Positions 28,601 to 44,270 of a stretch of DNA of 64,000 nt are shown here, in pieces. The stretch comes from the human T2T-CHM13v2.0 reference genome, Homo sapiens. A model generated the notes under the pieces. The model was not told where the DNA came from, made no database searches, and was given only the letters and a program-made list of their open reading frames with translations. Each line of letters opens with the position of its first letter. Position 1 is the stretch's first letter. The translations under genes were made by a program, and so were the position numbers. Where the stretch lies: assembly GCF_009914755.1 (NCBI RefSeq), contig NC_060927.1; one strand, given 5' to 3'.

Positions 28601-30409
28601 TTATCACTCAGAGTTGAACTAACAACTTTCACTCCTGATTGATGGGGCTGATAGTCAAAAAAACACTGCTTCCTAATGATGGCAGATATTCAAAGTGCTG
28701 TTCCACAGGACATCACACGCATGGTGAGAGGGCCAGGAATGACCCAGAAGGCAGCATTTAGTCCCTCAACCTTCCCATAATGTTTCTAGAAATGTTTGAG
28801 GAGCAGAAGTTGCTACCAAGAATGATAAAACTTGGTCCCTGATCTCAAAAGTCAGTTGGGAAAAATGAAGGTCTCAAGGAGTCAGTTTGGAAAATAAAGG
28901 ACAAAATGGATAGAAAGGACAGTTATAGGACAGTGAGTGGTATGTGAAGAGAACAGCAGCTACTTCCCTGAATTGAGGAATAGGTTGTCATTCCCACTGA
29001 GGTTATCAGAGAAAGCTTTGTGGAGACAGGGTCATTTGAAGGATGGGCCACTTTCCAGTGTCAAGGTGAAAAGCATAGAGTCCTATTGCTGAGGATGGGG
29101 CAGTGACAAGTTGGGACCTTTGGCCCAGTATGGGTATGGAGTTTGGATCTGGAAGAAGGAATGGTGATAATGAGAGAGGAGTATTCCCAACTAAAGGCTC
29201 TGAGTGCAGAAATGTAGAAGACACCCAAGGAAACTGTTAGCTCCAAGAGAAGCCCCACCTGCTTGTCTGGTTTGGCTCCACTTGGACACCAGAATCTTTC
29301 CTCTAACACCCAGGTAGTATCCACTTGGTCCAGGCATTTTATTTGTCCATGTCTAGAGGGAGAGGTTCGTTAATTCCTGACTTTACAAAGACCACATATG
29401 GTGTAGTTGGGAGTTACTGAACATACCACAATGTGCTATGGGGTTAATTACCAATGTCTCACCCAGACCCTCCTCACCAAGGAGCTGGTGGTGGCCTTCA
29501 GTTAGCAAGACCTAGAAAAAAACACAGCTCTAGTGTGGACAGAAGGGCTTGTCCTCCAAATTCTGTTGACCTTTTTGGGTCTGTCCTGTGACAATTTGTG
29601 TCCAGATTGCAACATCTAAAGGTGTTAGTGTTTATGAGTTTTTGTAGATAATTCTCAAGCCTGCTAATGAAGTTACTTGAAGTTTCCTCAAAAAATGGAA
29701 TGATCCTAAGGAAAAAAGTGGTTAGCTTTCTGGGACTGGGCTAAGAAGGGCACTATATGTGGTGGGCTTTCCTGGGCCTCTAGATCACTCAGGAATACTC
29801 CCCACCCCATTCCACTCTCCCTGCCATCCTGCATAGTGATGCCCATCTCCTGTCACCTGCTCTGGGTTTGGAGGAAGGGAGAGAGTAGGTGTGTGTGGCT
29901 TGCAGAGTCCAATTTGAATACTGAGATGGCACCTGAAGGTCCCAGGGACTTTCTGGGAGAAAAGGCAGAGGAAAGGGAGGTCCTTTCCTGACTTTCCTTC
30001 AGGCACAGTTCAACCATCTGCCTCTGGGGAGGTTAGTGATGGGGAAGATCGAGGCCCCTAGAGAAGCCATCAGTTTTCCTCACAAGAGCAAGGAGATGAA
30101 AGAAACAGCTCTGAATCCTAATTCTTGGGGAACACCAACATTAGCCAAAATGGATACATACATACGGACACCAAGATAATAATTTATTAAAATTGGATGG
30201 GAAAAAGGATACTCCTTCCTAATCTCTGTAGACAAAGGCCTTCCAGTAATAGCCTTTCACTGACTCTTCACCAACTTCATCCATATAGTTTTTTCCATTT
30301 CCATGTAGATGTTCCAAGAGGGAAATTATAATAATCCCAAGCATCTTTCATTTTAAGGCCTTCCAAAGAGTTTATCATGTTGTGAATTGTGGTACTATTT
30401 GTGCTCAGT

Positions 30410-32927
30410 AGCTCAGTAGATATAGAAAAAGCAATTGATATATTTCAGCATCTATTCATGATGAAAACACTCAGCAAACTAAGACTAGAAAAGAACTTCC
30501 TTAATCTTATAAAGCATTCAAAAATCATTATCAAAAATCCTATACCTGACATCATACTCAATGGTGAAATATTGGACACTTTCCTCCTGAGGTTGGAAGC
30601 AAGACAAGTATGTCCACTATCACCTCTTCTTTTAGCATTGTACTGAAAGGCCCCAGTGCAATAAGATACAGTCATCCCATGGTATCTATTCGGGATTGGT
30701 TCCAGGATTCCCTGTGAATACCAAAATCTATGGATGCTCAAGTCCCTATATAAAATGATGTAGTAGTTGCATAAAACCTATGCACATTCTCCCATATAAT
30801 TTGAATCATCTCTAGATTACTTATAATACTTAATACAATGTAAGTGCTATGTAAAGAGTTGTTATTCTGTATTGTTTAGGGAATAATGACAAGGAGAAAA
30901 AGTCAGTACACGTTCAGTACAGATGCAACTATTCTTTTTTTTTCTCCAAACGTTTTTGATCTGTAGTTGGTTGAATCTACAGATGTGGGACACAGGGATA
31001 TGAAGAGTTGACTGTATAAGGATTGGAAAGACAGAAGTAAACATGTTTTTATTTGCAGATGAAATGATGGCATATGTAGAAAATCTAAGTGAATCTCTAA
31101 ACTACTGATAATTATTAATATAAATAAGTACATTTAGTAAGATCACTGAATCCAAAAGCAAAATATAAAATATTATTTCTATTTATATAACTAGCAACAA
31201 GCAACTAGAAAGTAAAATTTTAAAAATGATACTATATATAATTGAATCAAAAGTTAAATTCCTAGAATAAGCCAACTAAAGATGTAGAAGACTGAAAATC
31301 ATAAAATGGTGTTCAGAGAACTTAAAGAAGATCTAAGTAAATGGAGAGATGTTTTATGTCTATGGATTGGAAAATTCAATGTTGTTAACATATCAGTTCT
31401 TTCCAAATTCATCTATAGATTCAACTCAACCCTAATCAGGATCCCAGCAGATTTTTTTTGGTAAATATTGACAAATTGATTCGAAACTTTATATGGCAAA
31501 GCAAAAGACCTAGAGGCGTCATTAAATCTTGAAGAGTAAGAACAAATCTGAAAGATTTTCACTACCAGATTTCAAGGCTTACTATAAAGCTGAAGTAATT
31601 AGAACAGTGTAGTATCAGCATAAGGATTGGAAAATAAACTAATGGAACAGAATAGGAAGACCCACTACGTAGCCCCTTGATTTACAACAAAGGATCCACT
31701 GCAACTCAGTGGGGAAAAGATGGTATTTGCAAAAAAAGAATTATGCTGAAATAATAAGATATCTGTATATAAAAAATAAACAATTATCCCTACCTCATGC
31801 CCTGTAAAAATTTATTCAAGATGGACCATAGATGTTAATGTGAAAGGTAAAGTGATAAAGCTTCTAGAAGAAAAGAGGAGAAAATTTTCTTGACCCTAGG
31901 ATAGGAAAAGATTTCTTAAACGGAACACAAAAAGCACAAAAAAGCATACCAGTAAAAAATTTAAAAAGTAAATGACAAGCCACAGATTGAGAGAAGATAT
32001 TCACAATACAAATATCGAACAAAGGACTTCTATCTAGAATGTATAAAGAACCCTTAAAAATCAATAAAAAGATAATCTATTAAAAAAGAGAAATGCCTGA
32101 ACAGATATTTTTTCAAAAGAAGGTCTCCAAATGGCTATAAAAAGCTAAAAAATTTTCAACATCATTACTCATGAGGGATATGTAAATTAAAATCAAAATG
32201 AGAAAACTCTACATCTTCATAGGACTGATAAGCTAACAATACCAACAACCTTATAATACCAAGTGTGGACAAGGTTATGGAGCAACTGGAACTCTCCCAC
32301 ACTGCTTTTTTGGAGTATTAATTGGTTCAACCATTTTGGAAAACTATTTGGCATTATTCATAACAGTTAAATGTATGCCTACCTTATAGCCAGCAATTTT
32401 ACTCTGAGTTATATACCTAAGTAAATGGAGACATGTTTCATGTCAAGATAAAGACAGGTATAAGAATGTTCATAACAGCTTTATTTATATAGCTAAAAAC
32501 TCAAAACAACCTAAATATTCATTTACAAGAGAATGGACAAATCAGAATATATTCATACAATGGAATACCACATATCAGTAAAAGAGAATGAACTTCGGAT
32601 GCACACAACAACATGAATGAATCTTATAGGCATTATCTTGAGCAAAACAAGCCAGACATAAAGGAGTACATGCAGTACAATTGATATGAAAGTGTAAGAA
32701 CAGGAAAAACTGCTCTATGGTGATAGAAGTAAAAAGTCAAACAGAGTTGAGCTCTAGTGGGATGGGTGGTGCTGACTGGGGCAGGGTATGAGATAACTTT
32801 CTGTGATGCTGGTCATGTTATATATCTTGATCTGGATGGTGGTTCCAATGTGTAGGCAAAAGCAAAAATTCATTGAGCTGTACACTTAAGATTTGTATGC
32901 TCTATTATATGCTATACCTCAATAAAG
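30410..32927 (+). mobile_element. Old L1M (L1ME-like) ORF2 and 3'UTR, interrupted by MER2
   Basis: ORF 30389-30646 gives DIEKAIDIFQHLFMMKTL...RQVCPLSPLL (RT). The 3'UTR ends gctgtacacttaagatttgt...cctcaataaa. Confidence 0.88.
30669..31014. mobile_element. MER2 (TcMar-Tigger MITE)
   Basis: cagtc...gactg termini, TA duplications at 30667-30668 and 31015-31016, about 346 bp. Confidence 0.9.
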
Positions 32928-33009
32928 TGAAGTATAGCAATACCTCCATAGAAAATATTTTTTAAAAAGAGGAAAAAGAAAATGTTCAATTGACCCAAAA
33001 TATCGAAAC

Positions 33010-33200
33010 ATGGGCTTTAGAAATCTAGATTTGAATCTGATTCTACCATTCACTGACTGTATCAACTTGAGAAAGTTACCCAACCTCTCTGAGCCTCATT
33101 CCTCTCATCCGAATATGGAGATAATAATATCTACCTAATAGGTTTACTCTGAGGAGTAAATTAAATAAGCACGTAGCTCAATGTTTGTCACATTGTTGTT
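33010..33200 (+). mobile_element. MIR
   Basis: aacctctctgagcctcattcc...ggagataataatatctacc. Confidence 0.85.
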
Positions 33201-33224
33201 AAACAAAAAAGAAAGAAAAAAAGC

Positions 33225-35350
33225 CAGTTGATGAGCAGGATGTGCTTATTGGCCATCTGTATATCTGTTTTGGAGGAATGTTCATTCAAGTTCTTTTTTC
33301 ATTTTGAATCAGGCTGATTTGTTGTTGTTGAGTTTTAGGAGTTCTTTATATACTCTGGATATTCATCATTCATCTCTTCTTAGATACATGATTTGCCAAT
33401 ATTTCCCCTCATTCTGTGGGTTGCCTTCTTATTCCATTGATACTGTCTTTTATGTACAAAATTTAAAAATTTTCATGAAGTCCATTTTTTTTGTCTTCAG
33501 GAATTTTGTTTATTCTGATCTTACATTACTTATTATTCTTCATGATTAGTTGGAAAAGGAAATGCATATCTTTTTTAATTATACTTTAAGTTTTAGGGTA
33601 CATATGCACAATGTGCAGGTTAGTTACATATGTATACATGTGCCATGTTGGTGTGCTGCACCCATTAACTCGTCATTTAACATTAGGTATATCTCCTAAT
33701 GCTATCCCTCCCCCGTCTCCCCACCCCACAACAGGCCCCGGTGTGTGATATTCCCCTTCCTGTGTCCATGTGTTCTCATTGTTCAATTCCCACCTATGAG
33801 TGAGAACATGCAGTGTTTGGTTTTTTGTCCTTGCGATACTTTGCTGAGAATGATGGTTTCCAGCTTCATCCATGTCTCTATAAAGGACATGAACTCATCA
33901 TTTTTTATGCCTGCATAGTATTCCATGGTGTATATGTGCCACATTTTCTTAATCCAGTCTATCATTGTTGGACATTTGGGTTGGTTCCAAGTCTTTGCTA
34001 TTGTGAATAGTGCCGCAATAAACATAGGAGTGCATGTGTCCTTATAGCAGCATGATTTATAATCCTTTGGGTATATACCCAGTAATGGGATTGCTGGGTC
34101 AAATGGTATTTCTAGTTCTAGATCCCTGAGGAATCGCCACACTGACTTCATGAAGTCCATTTTTAATGATTGTTTTGTTGCCTCTGCCTTTGTCTGTCAT
34201 ATCCAAGAAATTGCTGCCAAATCCAGTGTCATGAAGTTTTTGCCCTGTGTTTCTTGTAAGAGTTTTATAGTCTTAGCTGTTATATTTAGGTCTTTGGTCC
34301 ATTTTGAGTTAATTTTTTGTGAATGGTGTTAGGTAAAGATCCAGCTTGCCACTTTTGTATGTGAATATTCAGTTTGCTGAAACATTTGTTGAAAAGACTG
34401 TCCTTTTTTTGAAACGACAGTCATTTGTTGAAACGACTTTCAACATCATTTGTTGAAAAGACTGTCCTTTCCCCATTAAATGGTCCTGGCACCCTTGTCA
34501 AAAATTATTTGACCCTATATTCAGGATTTATTTCTGGATTCTCTATTCCGCTGGTCTCTATATCTGTCATTATACCAGTACCACACTGATTACTGTAGCT
34601 TTGTAGTAAGTTTTGAAATTGAGAAGTGTGAGTTCTCTGGCTTTGTTCTTCCTTTTAAAGGTTGTTTGGGCTATTTGGGGTCCTTTGAGATTCTATATGA
34701 ATTTTAGGATAGATTTTTCTATTTCTACCAAAAACATCATTGAGATTTTAATAGGGATTATATTAAATCTATAGATTACTTTGGGTGGTATTGATATCTT
34801 GACAATATTACTTCTTCCAATACATGAACATGTGATATTGTTCCATTTATTTGTATCTTCTTTAATTTTTTAATCAATATTTCGTAGTTTTTGGTATACA
34901 AATATTTCACCTCCTTAGTTAAGTTTATTCCTGTTTATTCTTTTTGGTGCTATTATAAATGGAATTGTTTTTCTAATTTTCTTTTTCAGATAGTTCATTG
35001 TTAGTATATAAAAACACAACTGAGTTTTGCATGTTGATTTTGTATCCTGCAAGTTTACTGAATTCATTTATTATTTCTACAGTTTTTTAATGGAGGCTTT
35101 AGGGTTTTCTATGTGTAAGATTATGTCATCTGTGAACAAGGATAGTTTTACTTCTTCCTTTCTGATTTACATGACTTTTATTTCTTTTTCTTACCTAATT
35201 GTTTTGACTAGGACTTCCAGTACATATGGCAAGGAGTGGGCATCCTTGTCTTGTCTCTGATCTTAGAGGAAAAGGTTTCAGTTTTTCACCATGGAGGTGA
35301 TGTTAGCTGCGGCCTTTTCATAGATAGCCTTTATTATGTTAAGGTATTTT
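33225..35350 (-). mobile_element. Old L1M ORF2 fragment, interrupted by a young L1PA
   Basis: Minus-strand ORF2-like sequence is colinear across 33225-33489 and 34147-35350. Confidence 0.85.
33571..34146 (-). mobile_element. 5'-truncated L1PA (L1PA4-like) with 3' transduction (33493-33570)
   Basis: ORF2 C-terminus ([11 protein letters not shown]...SLIGGN) plus 3'UTR. The 18-bp TSD ttcatgaagtccattttt lies at 33472-33489 and 34147-34164. Confidence 0.95.
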
Positions 35351-37408
35351 CAAAATATATTACAAAGATACAGTAATCAAAACAGTATGGTACTGGCATA
35401 AAGACAGACCTGTAGACAATGGAACAGATGGAGTTGTTTCATTATATATCCATGGATAAATAAATCCATGCATATACAGTCAACTGATCTTTGACAAGGA
35501 TACCAAGAATACATGATAGGGAAAGGATAATCTCTTCAACAAGAGGTGTTGGGAAAACTGGATAGTCACATGCAAAAGAATGAAATTGGACCCTTTATCT
35601 TATATACAAAAATCAACTAAAATAGATTAAAGGCTTAAAATGTGAGGTGTGAAACTGTAAAACTTGTAGAAGAAAATGAAAAATTTCATGACATGAGTCT
35701 TAGCATTATTTCATGTATATGATACCAACAACACAGGCAACAAAAACAAAAATAGAGAAGTAAGACTACATTAAACTAAAATCTCTGTACAGCAACAGAA
35801 ACAACTAACAGAGTTAAATATTTTCTAGGAGAAAATATTTGCAAACCATCTATAATAAGGGGTTAATTTCCAAACTATATAAGGAGCACCTGTTACTCAA
35901 TACAAAAAAAAAACCTAATAACTTGATTTAAAAATGGGCTAAAGACTTGAATAGACATTTCTTCAAAGAAGTCACACAAATGGCAAATAGGTATATAAAA
36001 AGATGTTCAGCATCACTAATCATTATGGAAATGCAAATCAAAACCACAATGAGATACCATTTCACATCTATCAGGAGGGTTATTATCAAAAAAACAAAAG
36101 GCAAGAAGTGTTGGTGAGGATATGGAGAAGTTGGAAGCTTTGCATGCTGTTGGTAGGAATGCAAAATGGTGCAGCAGTTATGGAAAACAGCATATAGGTT
36201 TCTCAAAAATTTAAAACTAGAACTACATATCCAGCAATGCCACTTCTAGATATTTTGAAGTCAGGATATTGAAGAGATATTACCACCTTGTGGAGGGAAA
36301 GTTAAATATTAAATTTGAACTCAATTGAACATAGACAGAAACAATGGTCACCAAGTCCCACAACAGTTTGTGTGAGCCCCTTGAGACACTCATCCAGCAC
36401 TGTTTCGGAGAAATCTCTATTTCAATCTATTCCTATATGTTAGTTATTGAAAAACAATAGACAATCGCAGAAACAAGCTGACCTTTTTGTGTTCCTTGAG
36501 CCCAGTCGCGAAGGGCCTTTGTGACTGGGCCTCATGCCAAACAACTTGTTATAAAAAGAGCTAGGGTCCCAGATTGTACTGAAACTTCATGAGACCTTTT
36601 CTCGTCTGTGCACGGATGAGTGGCCGATTCTGGAGCTCAGGCTGTTGCTTCCCAGTCTGCTGGTGAATCCTCCATAGTCTGGTGAGTGTAAATATATATC
36701 TCTCTTTTCCCTTCTCCTCTTCCCATTGCAATTTCCTTATTATATCATTTGCTTATTACATCATTTGCTTATTATATCATTTGCTTATTATGTCTGCATT
36801 GTCATTTACAGGGGTTAAAGCTTGTTTAGCCTTAAAGGTATTGTGTGTGTGCCTTTTCTTTTCCCCTTGAGCATTTCCCGCACAGAACACACTCCCATGT
36901 TCATTGCAGCACTATTCACAGTATCTGAGATTTGGAAATAGGCTAAATGTTTGCGGATTGATGAATGGATAAAGAAAATATGGTATATATTGTATATGGT
37001 ATACAATGGAATATTATTCAGCCTTAAAAAGGAAGGAAATTCTTACAGTGTTACAACACGGATAAAACTTTAGGACATTATGCTAAGTGAAATAAGCTAG
37101 TCACAAAAAATAAATATTGTATGATTCCACTTATGTGAGTTACTTAGACTAGTCACAGTCTTAGAGACAGAAAGTAGGATCATGGTTTCCAGGGGATGGT
37201 AGGTAAGGAGAATGGAGAGTTAATTAACTAATTAGTTAATCAATGGGCAAGAAGTTTCTGCTAAGTAAGATGAAGAAGTTCTAGAGATCTGTTGTGCAAC
37301 ATAGTGCATATAGTTAATTATGCCGTATTGTATACTTAAAATTTTAGTAAGAGGTTAGATATCACGTTAAGTCTTCAAACCACAATAAAATAAAATTTTA
37401 AAAAAATA
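35350..37408 (+). mobile_element. L1MA-type ORF2 3' part and 3'UTR, interrupted by an LTR
   Basis: FKIYYK...KTVWYWHK-like start, atgcaaatcaaaaccacaatgagatacc, and 3' end gttctagagatctgttg...aataaaataaaa. Confidence 0.88.
36289..36889 (+). mobile_element. Solo LTR, LTR18B-like (HERVL18)
   Basis: TG...CA, 601 bp, starts tgtggagggaaagttaaatattaaatttgaactc. Imperfect 5-bp TSD cacct/cactc. Internal 16-bp atcatttgcttatta repeats. Confidence 0.8.
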
Positions 37409-38279
37409 ATAGTTTGTTTTAAAGGGAACTCCAGGGGAAAATAGCATTAGGTATCCCCTACTCCCCTTGTCTGAGGCCTCCAGGAGTTGGGAATGTGGAG
37501 ACCCTGGGTTGATGACATCTAATTGGGAGTGTCCAGTTGGGTGGGAGAAAGGGTGATGGCTCCCTGCCACCACCCCCCCAATCCTCCCACCTACAAAGAG
37601 AAAAATAAGAACCAGAGGCCCTAGGCACGGCCGGGAGGTCTTGTCCTGACAGCTTCCTCCTGGAACAATGAGCTGACACTGGATAGTCTGCAATCACCCG
37701 CCAGTTACTCTTCCTGTCTCAACTCAATCAGTTTTTCAGGAATCGGGAATGAGGTGGGGTCTCTGAATGTGCAGGTTCCGGTTGGACAACCTCAGAGCCC
37801 TTAAATGCATTCCAGTTCTGTGGCTTCTGAGCTGACTGCTTTGCTTGCCTGGTTTTAGAGGGATGCTAAATAAAAAAAGATTGCCAACCAAACTAGTTGG
37901 TTTCAATTTCCTTTGCCTAAAGATGTCATGGATTGTGTTTATGCTGGTGGTCTCTAATGCTGGAGTGGCTGCTTCCCCAAGCAGCTGCTGCAGTCACATG
38001 CTTGTTGGGAGGAAAAGGGTAACTGTCAGAGAATTTCTGCCTTGCACTATGGTTAAGTCTTCCCTTTCCCAGGCTGATTTAAGTTTTTACATCATGCTTT
38101 CCAAGTCTCTGTCTGCTCCATGTTAGCTTCTGGAGGCAGAGAAGGAAAAGCATACAGTCCCTATCCTCTTAAGAACTCACAGTTGATGAAGATGAGCATG
38201 CCTATATCACAAGTGATAGTTAGCGTGTAGGATAATAGAATGGGCTTGGGGGAAGGTACCTGACTCCCTGATTAGTGGG

Positions 38280-38420
38280 ATAGGACTTTGGCTGGCAAAC
38301 AGGACTCCTGGATTGTAGACCTACATCTGCTACTTATTGTACATCACTGTGCAAATGGAAACCCATCCCTTAATCTCCAAGGCCTCAGTTTTGACTTGTA
38401 TAAAGTGGGAGAGAGGACTA
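38280..38420 (+). mobile_element. MIR fragment
   Basis: ggcctcagttttgacttgtataaagtgggag. Confidence 0.55.
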
Positions 38421-39119
38421 TCTATTTTAGCATTCACACAGAACCATTATGTGGGGCAGAAAAGAGCTGTGAAGGTGCCTGGGGAGGGTACAAAAGTAAT
38501 TTGGGTTCCAGTGTTTATCAATGCCCTGTTTGCTGCTGTCAGTGAACAAAGTGCTATTACTTTGGTGTTGCAATACAGAAATCATATCTTGAATTTTTTG
38601 TTCTCTGGGTATACCCAGAGCCCTCTTAGAGCTCCCAAGAGCAGTCTCAGGCTGCTGTTCAAGATGCACTTCAAGATGAAGGTGAGGTTGGGCCAGCTGT
38701 CCAGACAGAATCCTCCAGAGAACCATGGGGTACAACTGTCCATAGATTCAGACTTGATGGAAGGAAGCTGGGAGCTAGGATGGGAAGGGGCTTGCAGTTA
38801 TACAGAGTAAGTCCTATCCTACAACTGCCCTAATTTATAGTAGAGTCTGGGTTTGTTTCCCTGTTCCTCACCCTGGGCCTTTGATGAGTATTACAGTGTT
38901 TCTGCCTGGATGAAGCAGTATCAGAGGAAGCTGGAGTTAGAGGGTCACAGGATGAGCAGTGCTTCTGAGGGCAGTTCAGGGTGACAGGAGGAGGACTGAT
39001 GCACCCTGAGGAGGGGTGACTCTCAGGTCAGAGGGTCAGGAGGCAGGGACCAGCTTAGAGGAAAACTGCCTTCCCAAGATGCTGTTCTCCATCCATTGGA
39101 ACCCTTATACTTACTCATC

Positions 39120-39220
39120 TGTCTCCTTCTCCACTTTCTTTCTCTTCTCCTTGCCCTTCCTCTTTCCTTTCCCTTCCTTTTCCTGTCTCTTCCCCTCTCC
39201 TTTTCTTTCCCTCTCTCCTC
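39120..39220. repeat. CT-rich polypyrimidine tract
   Basis: Direct inspection. Confidence 0.8.
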
Positions 39221-39329
39221 AAAACCAGCTCTGCACAAATACCCCAACTTCTCCAGGTATGCTCTGTCTAGAAACAGCAGCACAAGCATCTCTTCCCATA
39301 TTTATTCATTACAAGTATATTTTTGTTAC

Positions 39330-40100
39330 CTCTTTGATTATAGTTACAATAACGGCTTTAAAATTCTAGTCTGCTAACTCCAACAACTGGATCTTTATTG
39401 TCTTGTCTTTTCGTTTGGCAATTAGTCAAGCTTCCTTGTTCTTCATGTTGTAATTTTTTCATATCCTGGACATTGTGAATGTAATATTTTGGATGCCCTG
39501 GACTCTGTTCTATTCTTATGGATGGTGTTGATTTTTTTTGGTTTGTTTTAGCTGGTAATTTGCTTGTTTGGATTCAAACTGCAAACTCTGTCTCTGGGGC
39601 AGCAATACAAATCTCAGCTGAGTACTTTTGTTATAAGCTGGGCAGGTTTGAGCCTATTCCATGCATGCAAGGTTCAGCAATTAGCCAGAGTTTAGCCAGA
39701 GTTTTTACATAGAATTCATGGCTCTTTGTCTTTGGCTCTCTACTTTCTAGGATTACTCCTTTACTTTTTGGCAGCTGAGGTTTCTCTGAGCTTTGTTCTC
39801 TGGTTCTCTAAGTCAGAAAAACTATAGGTTTTCAATAAGAGTGTGAGTCACCCTACAGGCTACTCACTACTCAGTGTGTATTCAAGATGATTTTGAACTA
39901 TCTACAAGCTGAAAGCCGTAAAAATGGGAAATATCCTGGGCCCCATTCCTTCTTCCAGATGTCAGCTTCCCTCCAACATCTGCCTGCTTTCTAGTTCCTT
40001 TGGATAGTTGCATTTTTTATTTTGTCTAGAGTTAATAGTTACAATTGCTGGGAAGTTTGGTCCAGTGGGTCTGTTGACCATATCATAAGCAGAACTCCTC
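39330..40100 (-). mobile_element. Old L1M 5'/ORF1-region fragment
   Basis: aaattctagtctgctaactccaaca...tatcctggacattgtgaatg, typical of old L1M 5' ends. Confidence 0.55.
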
Positions 40101-40129
40101 CTACTATTTTTCTATTTTACCATTTTTAG

Positions 40130-40410
40130 AAGGTGGCTTCATTTTTCAAGACAGTCTCATGGTCGCAAGATGGCTACTGCAGCTTCAGCCATTATGCCAA
40201 CATTCCAGGCTGGAAGAAGAATGAAGGAGGAAGAGTAAGATGTGTTTTTCAGCTACAGCAGCCATCCTTTAGAAGGTTTTTTCATTATTCTCACCTAACA
40301 ACTTTTATCTATATCCCATTGATCAGAATTTAATTGCAAGGTTATAAATAAAATGTAATTATTAACCTGGGCACATTCCTATTCCCAATAGGATCAGAGT
40401 TAAGTTATTA
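40130..40410 (-). mobile_element. Old ERVL/MaLR LTR fragment
   Basis: ggtcgcaagatggctactgcagc...cccattgatcagaa. Confidence 0.5.
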
Positions 40411-40559
40411 TGGTAAGAAATAAGGGAGGATTACTCTCAGAAAGGCAATTAGAAGATCTCTCATTTCATAGACATAATATGAAGTTTAAAAATGTTAATA
40501 CCTATTAAATGCTTAGTGTCATTCATGGAACTTCATAAATCTTGCTTTTAGTATTGATA

Positions 40560-40860
40560 GGAATTTCATAATAGACATAATAAGCCTAGGCCATGATGAA
40601 AATCCCAAAGAGAGATAGAGCCCAATTTGGAGTAGAGGGGTGTCAGGGAAGACTTCCTGGAGGCAGTGACTACTGAATCTAAAAGACAAATAACCATTAA
40701 TCAGATAAGAGAGGAAATGAGTCCCAGGCAGGAGGAACAGCATTGAGTAAAGGCTCAGAAGTAAGAAACAACCTATTGTGTGTAGGGATATACTAATATT
40801 CTGCATAAAGTATGGAATGGTGAAAGAAGAGGTGGCAGAGGTAGTCAAGGACTAAGGCAC
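40560..40860 (-). mobile_element. L2 fragment
   Basis: gtcagggaagacttcctggaggcagtgac...ccaggcaggaggaacagcat. Confidence 0.7.
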
Positions 40861-41649
40861 AGAAAGGGGCTGATTCATCTCCAGTGTCTAAGAATGTGCT
40901 CAGAATATAGGGGGCGAGTCTTATGTGTGGTCAGGTAGCAGTTGAGTTGGAGAAGTACATGCACACACACAGCTGAGTTCACCTAACCCCACAGGACTCC
41001 CGTAAGAGAGATGCCTGGTAGGAAGCGAGCCCTGTGGCCCAAATACTGTAGACATTTTCCTCCCTGGGAGTTCAGGACAGAGGTGAAGCTGTGGCCTGGG
41101 TGGTCACTGTGGCCTCCTGAGAGATCCAGACCTCACATGCCCCATAACTCTTCTCAAGGATAGGAACTTTCAAAAACATGCTTGACAAGTTTGGTCAAAC
41201 AGGAAGACAAGAGCTGATAGTGTGGGAAGGAGGCAAGGGTGGTGGCTCGCTGCCTGGGCCTTTTCCAACCTCCTCTTCCCACCCTCACCCTAGACCAGAT
41301 TTGGTCCTGAACTCCCAGAATCCCTCAAGTGTGGGCTTGGGAGGGGAGCATGCACCTATGCACCAGATGTGCCTGGGAGGAGTCTGCGGGCTCCGCCTCT
41401 GCCTTTGCCCCAGCATCCTCACAGTGTCAGCCAGGAACTCTCTTCTTTTAGCTTATTCTGTTTCTGCTGAAAGCTCCTCCTGGCTCACAAGTTCTAGATC
41501 TCTGTGTCTCTCCCGACCCCTCTCTGCAGTATTGTGTACCATTCAGTTTAGTTCACATTCATTGCACACTTATGAGGTTCCAGGGCCCTATCCTGGGCCT
41601 GGAAGATATCTTTCTGTGATGTGTGTGTGTTTGTGTGTAGGATTAGTTA

Positions 41650-41990
41650 TTAGATATTAGAACATAGTAGATCTACCTTGTCCTTCTTTATGCTGTGGAG
41701 AAATATTTGTGGTTTTGGCCATTCCTTCATTAGTGGGTGTGTAGGCTGTTTCTGGGTCTCTGGTATTCCCATAATGCTGCAGTAGCATGCCTGTGTGTAC
41801 CTCCTTTGCACAGGCCTGCACAGGGGTGAATGGCTCAGCGAGGCCTGGCAGTGAGAGGGGAATGGCGGGGAATCTAATGGCAAGCTGTCCTCTGGAGCAA
41901 CTGTACCAATTCACATTCATGTGTGTCATGACTATCAACCCACCTCCCCACATTCTTTAATATATTTTACCATATATATTTAAAATGTTG
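41650..41990 (-). mobile_element. L1ME 3' fragment
   Basis: taggctgtttc...ataatgctgcag...tgtaccaattcaca. Confidence 0.55.
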
Positions 41991-42089
41991 TCAATAGAAT
42001 TATGTTTTTATTTGCTTGCCTTCTGCACCAGACTCTGAGATTCTCAAGGTCGGGGACTATTCATGCCTTGCTCAACTTGAAGATATTTT

Positions 42090-44270
<2,181 letters not shown>

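Noticed and set aside
33493-33570. Local full-length L1 (14136-20271) as the source of the transduction
   Set aside because: Its 3' flank is Tigger1 sequence and does not match the 78-bp tag.
36735-36795. CRISPR-like or novel short repeat array
   Set aside because: Head-to-tail 16-bp units without spacers inside an LTR, in eukaryotic DNA.
33225-37408. Single twin-primed (5'-inverted) L1 around 35350
   Set aside because: The two arms cover overlapping ORF2 regions over more than 1 kb and are diverged from each other, so they are separate insertions.
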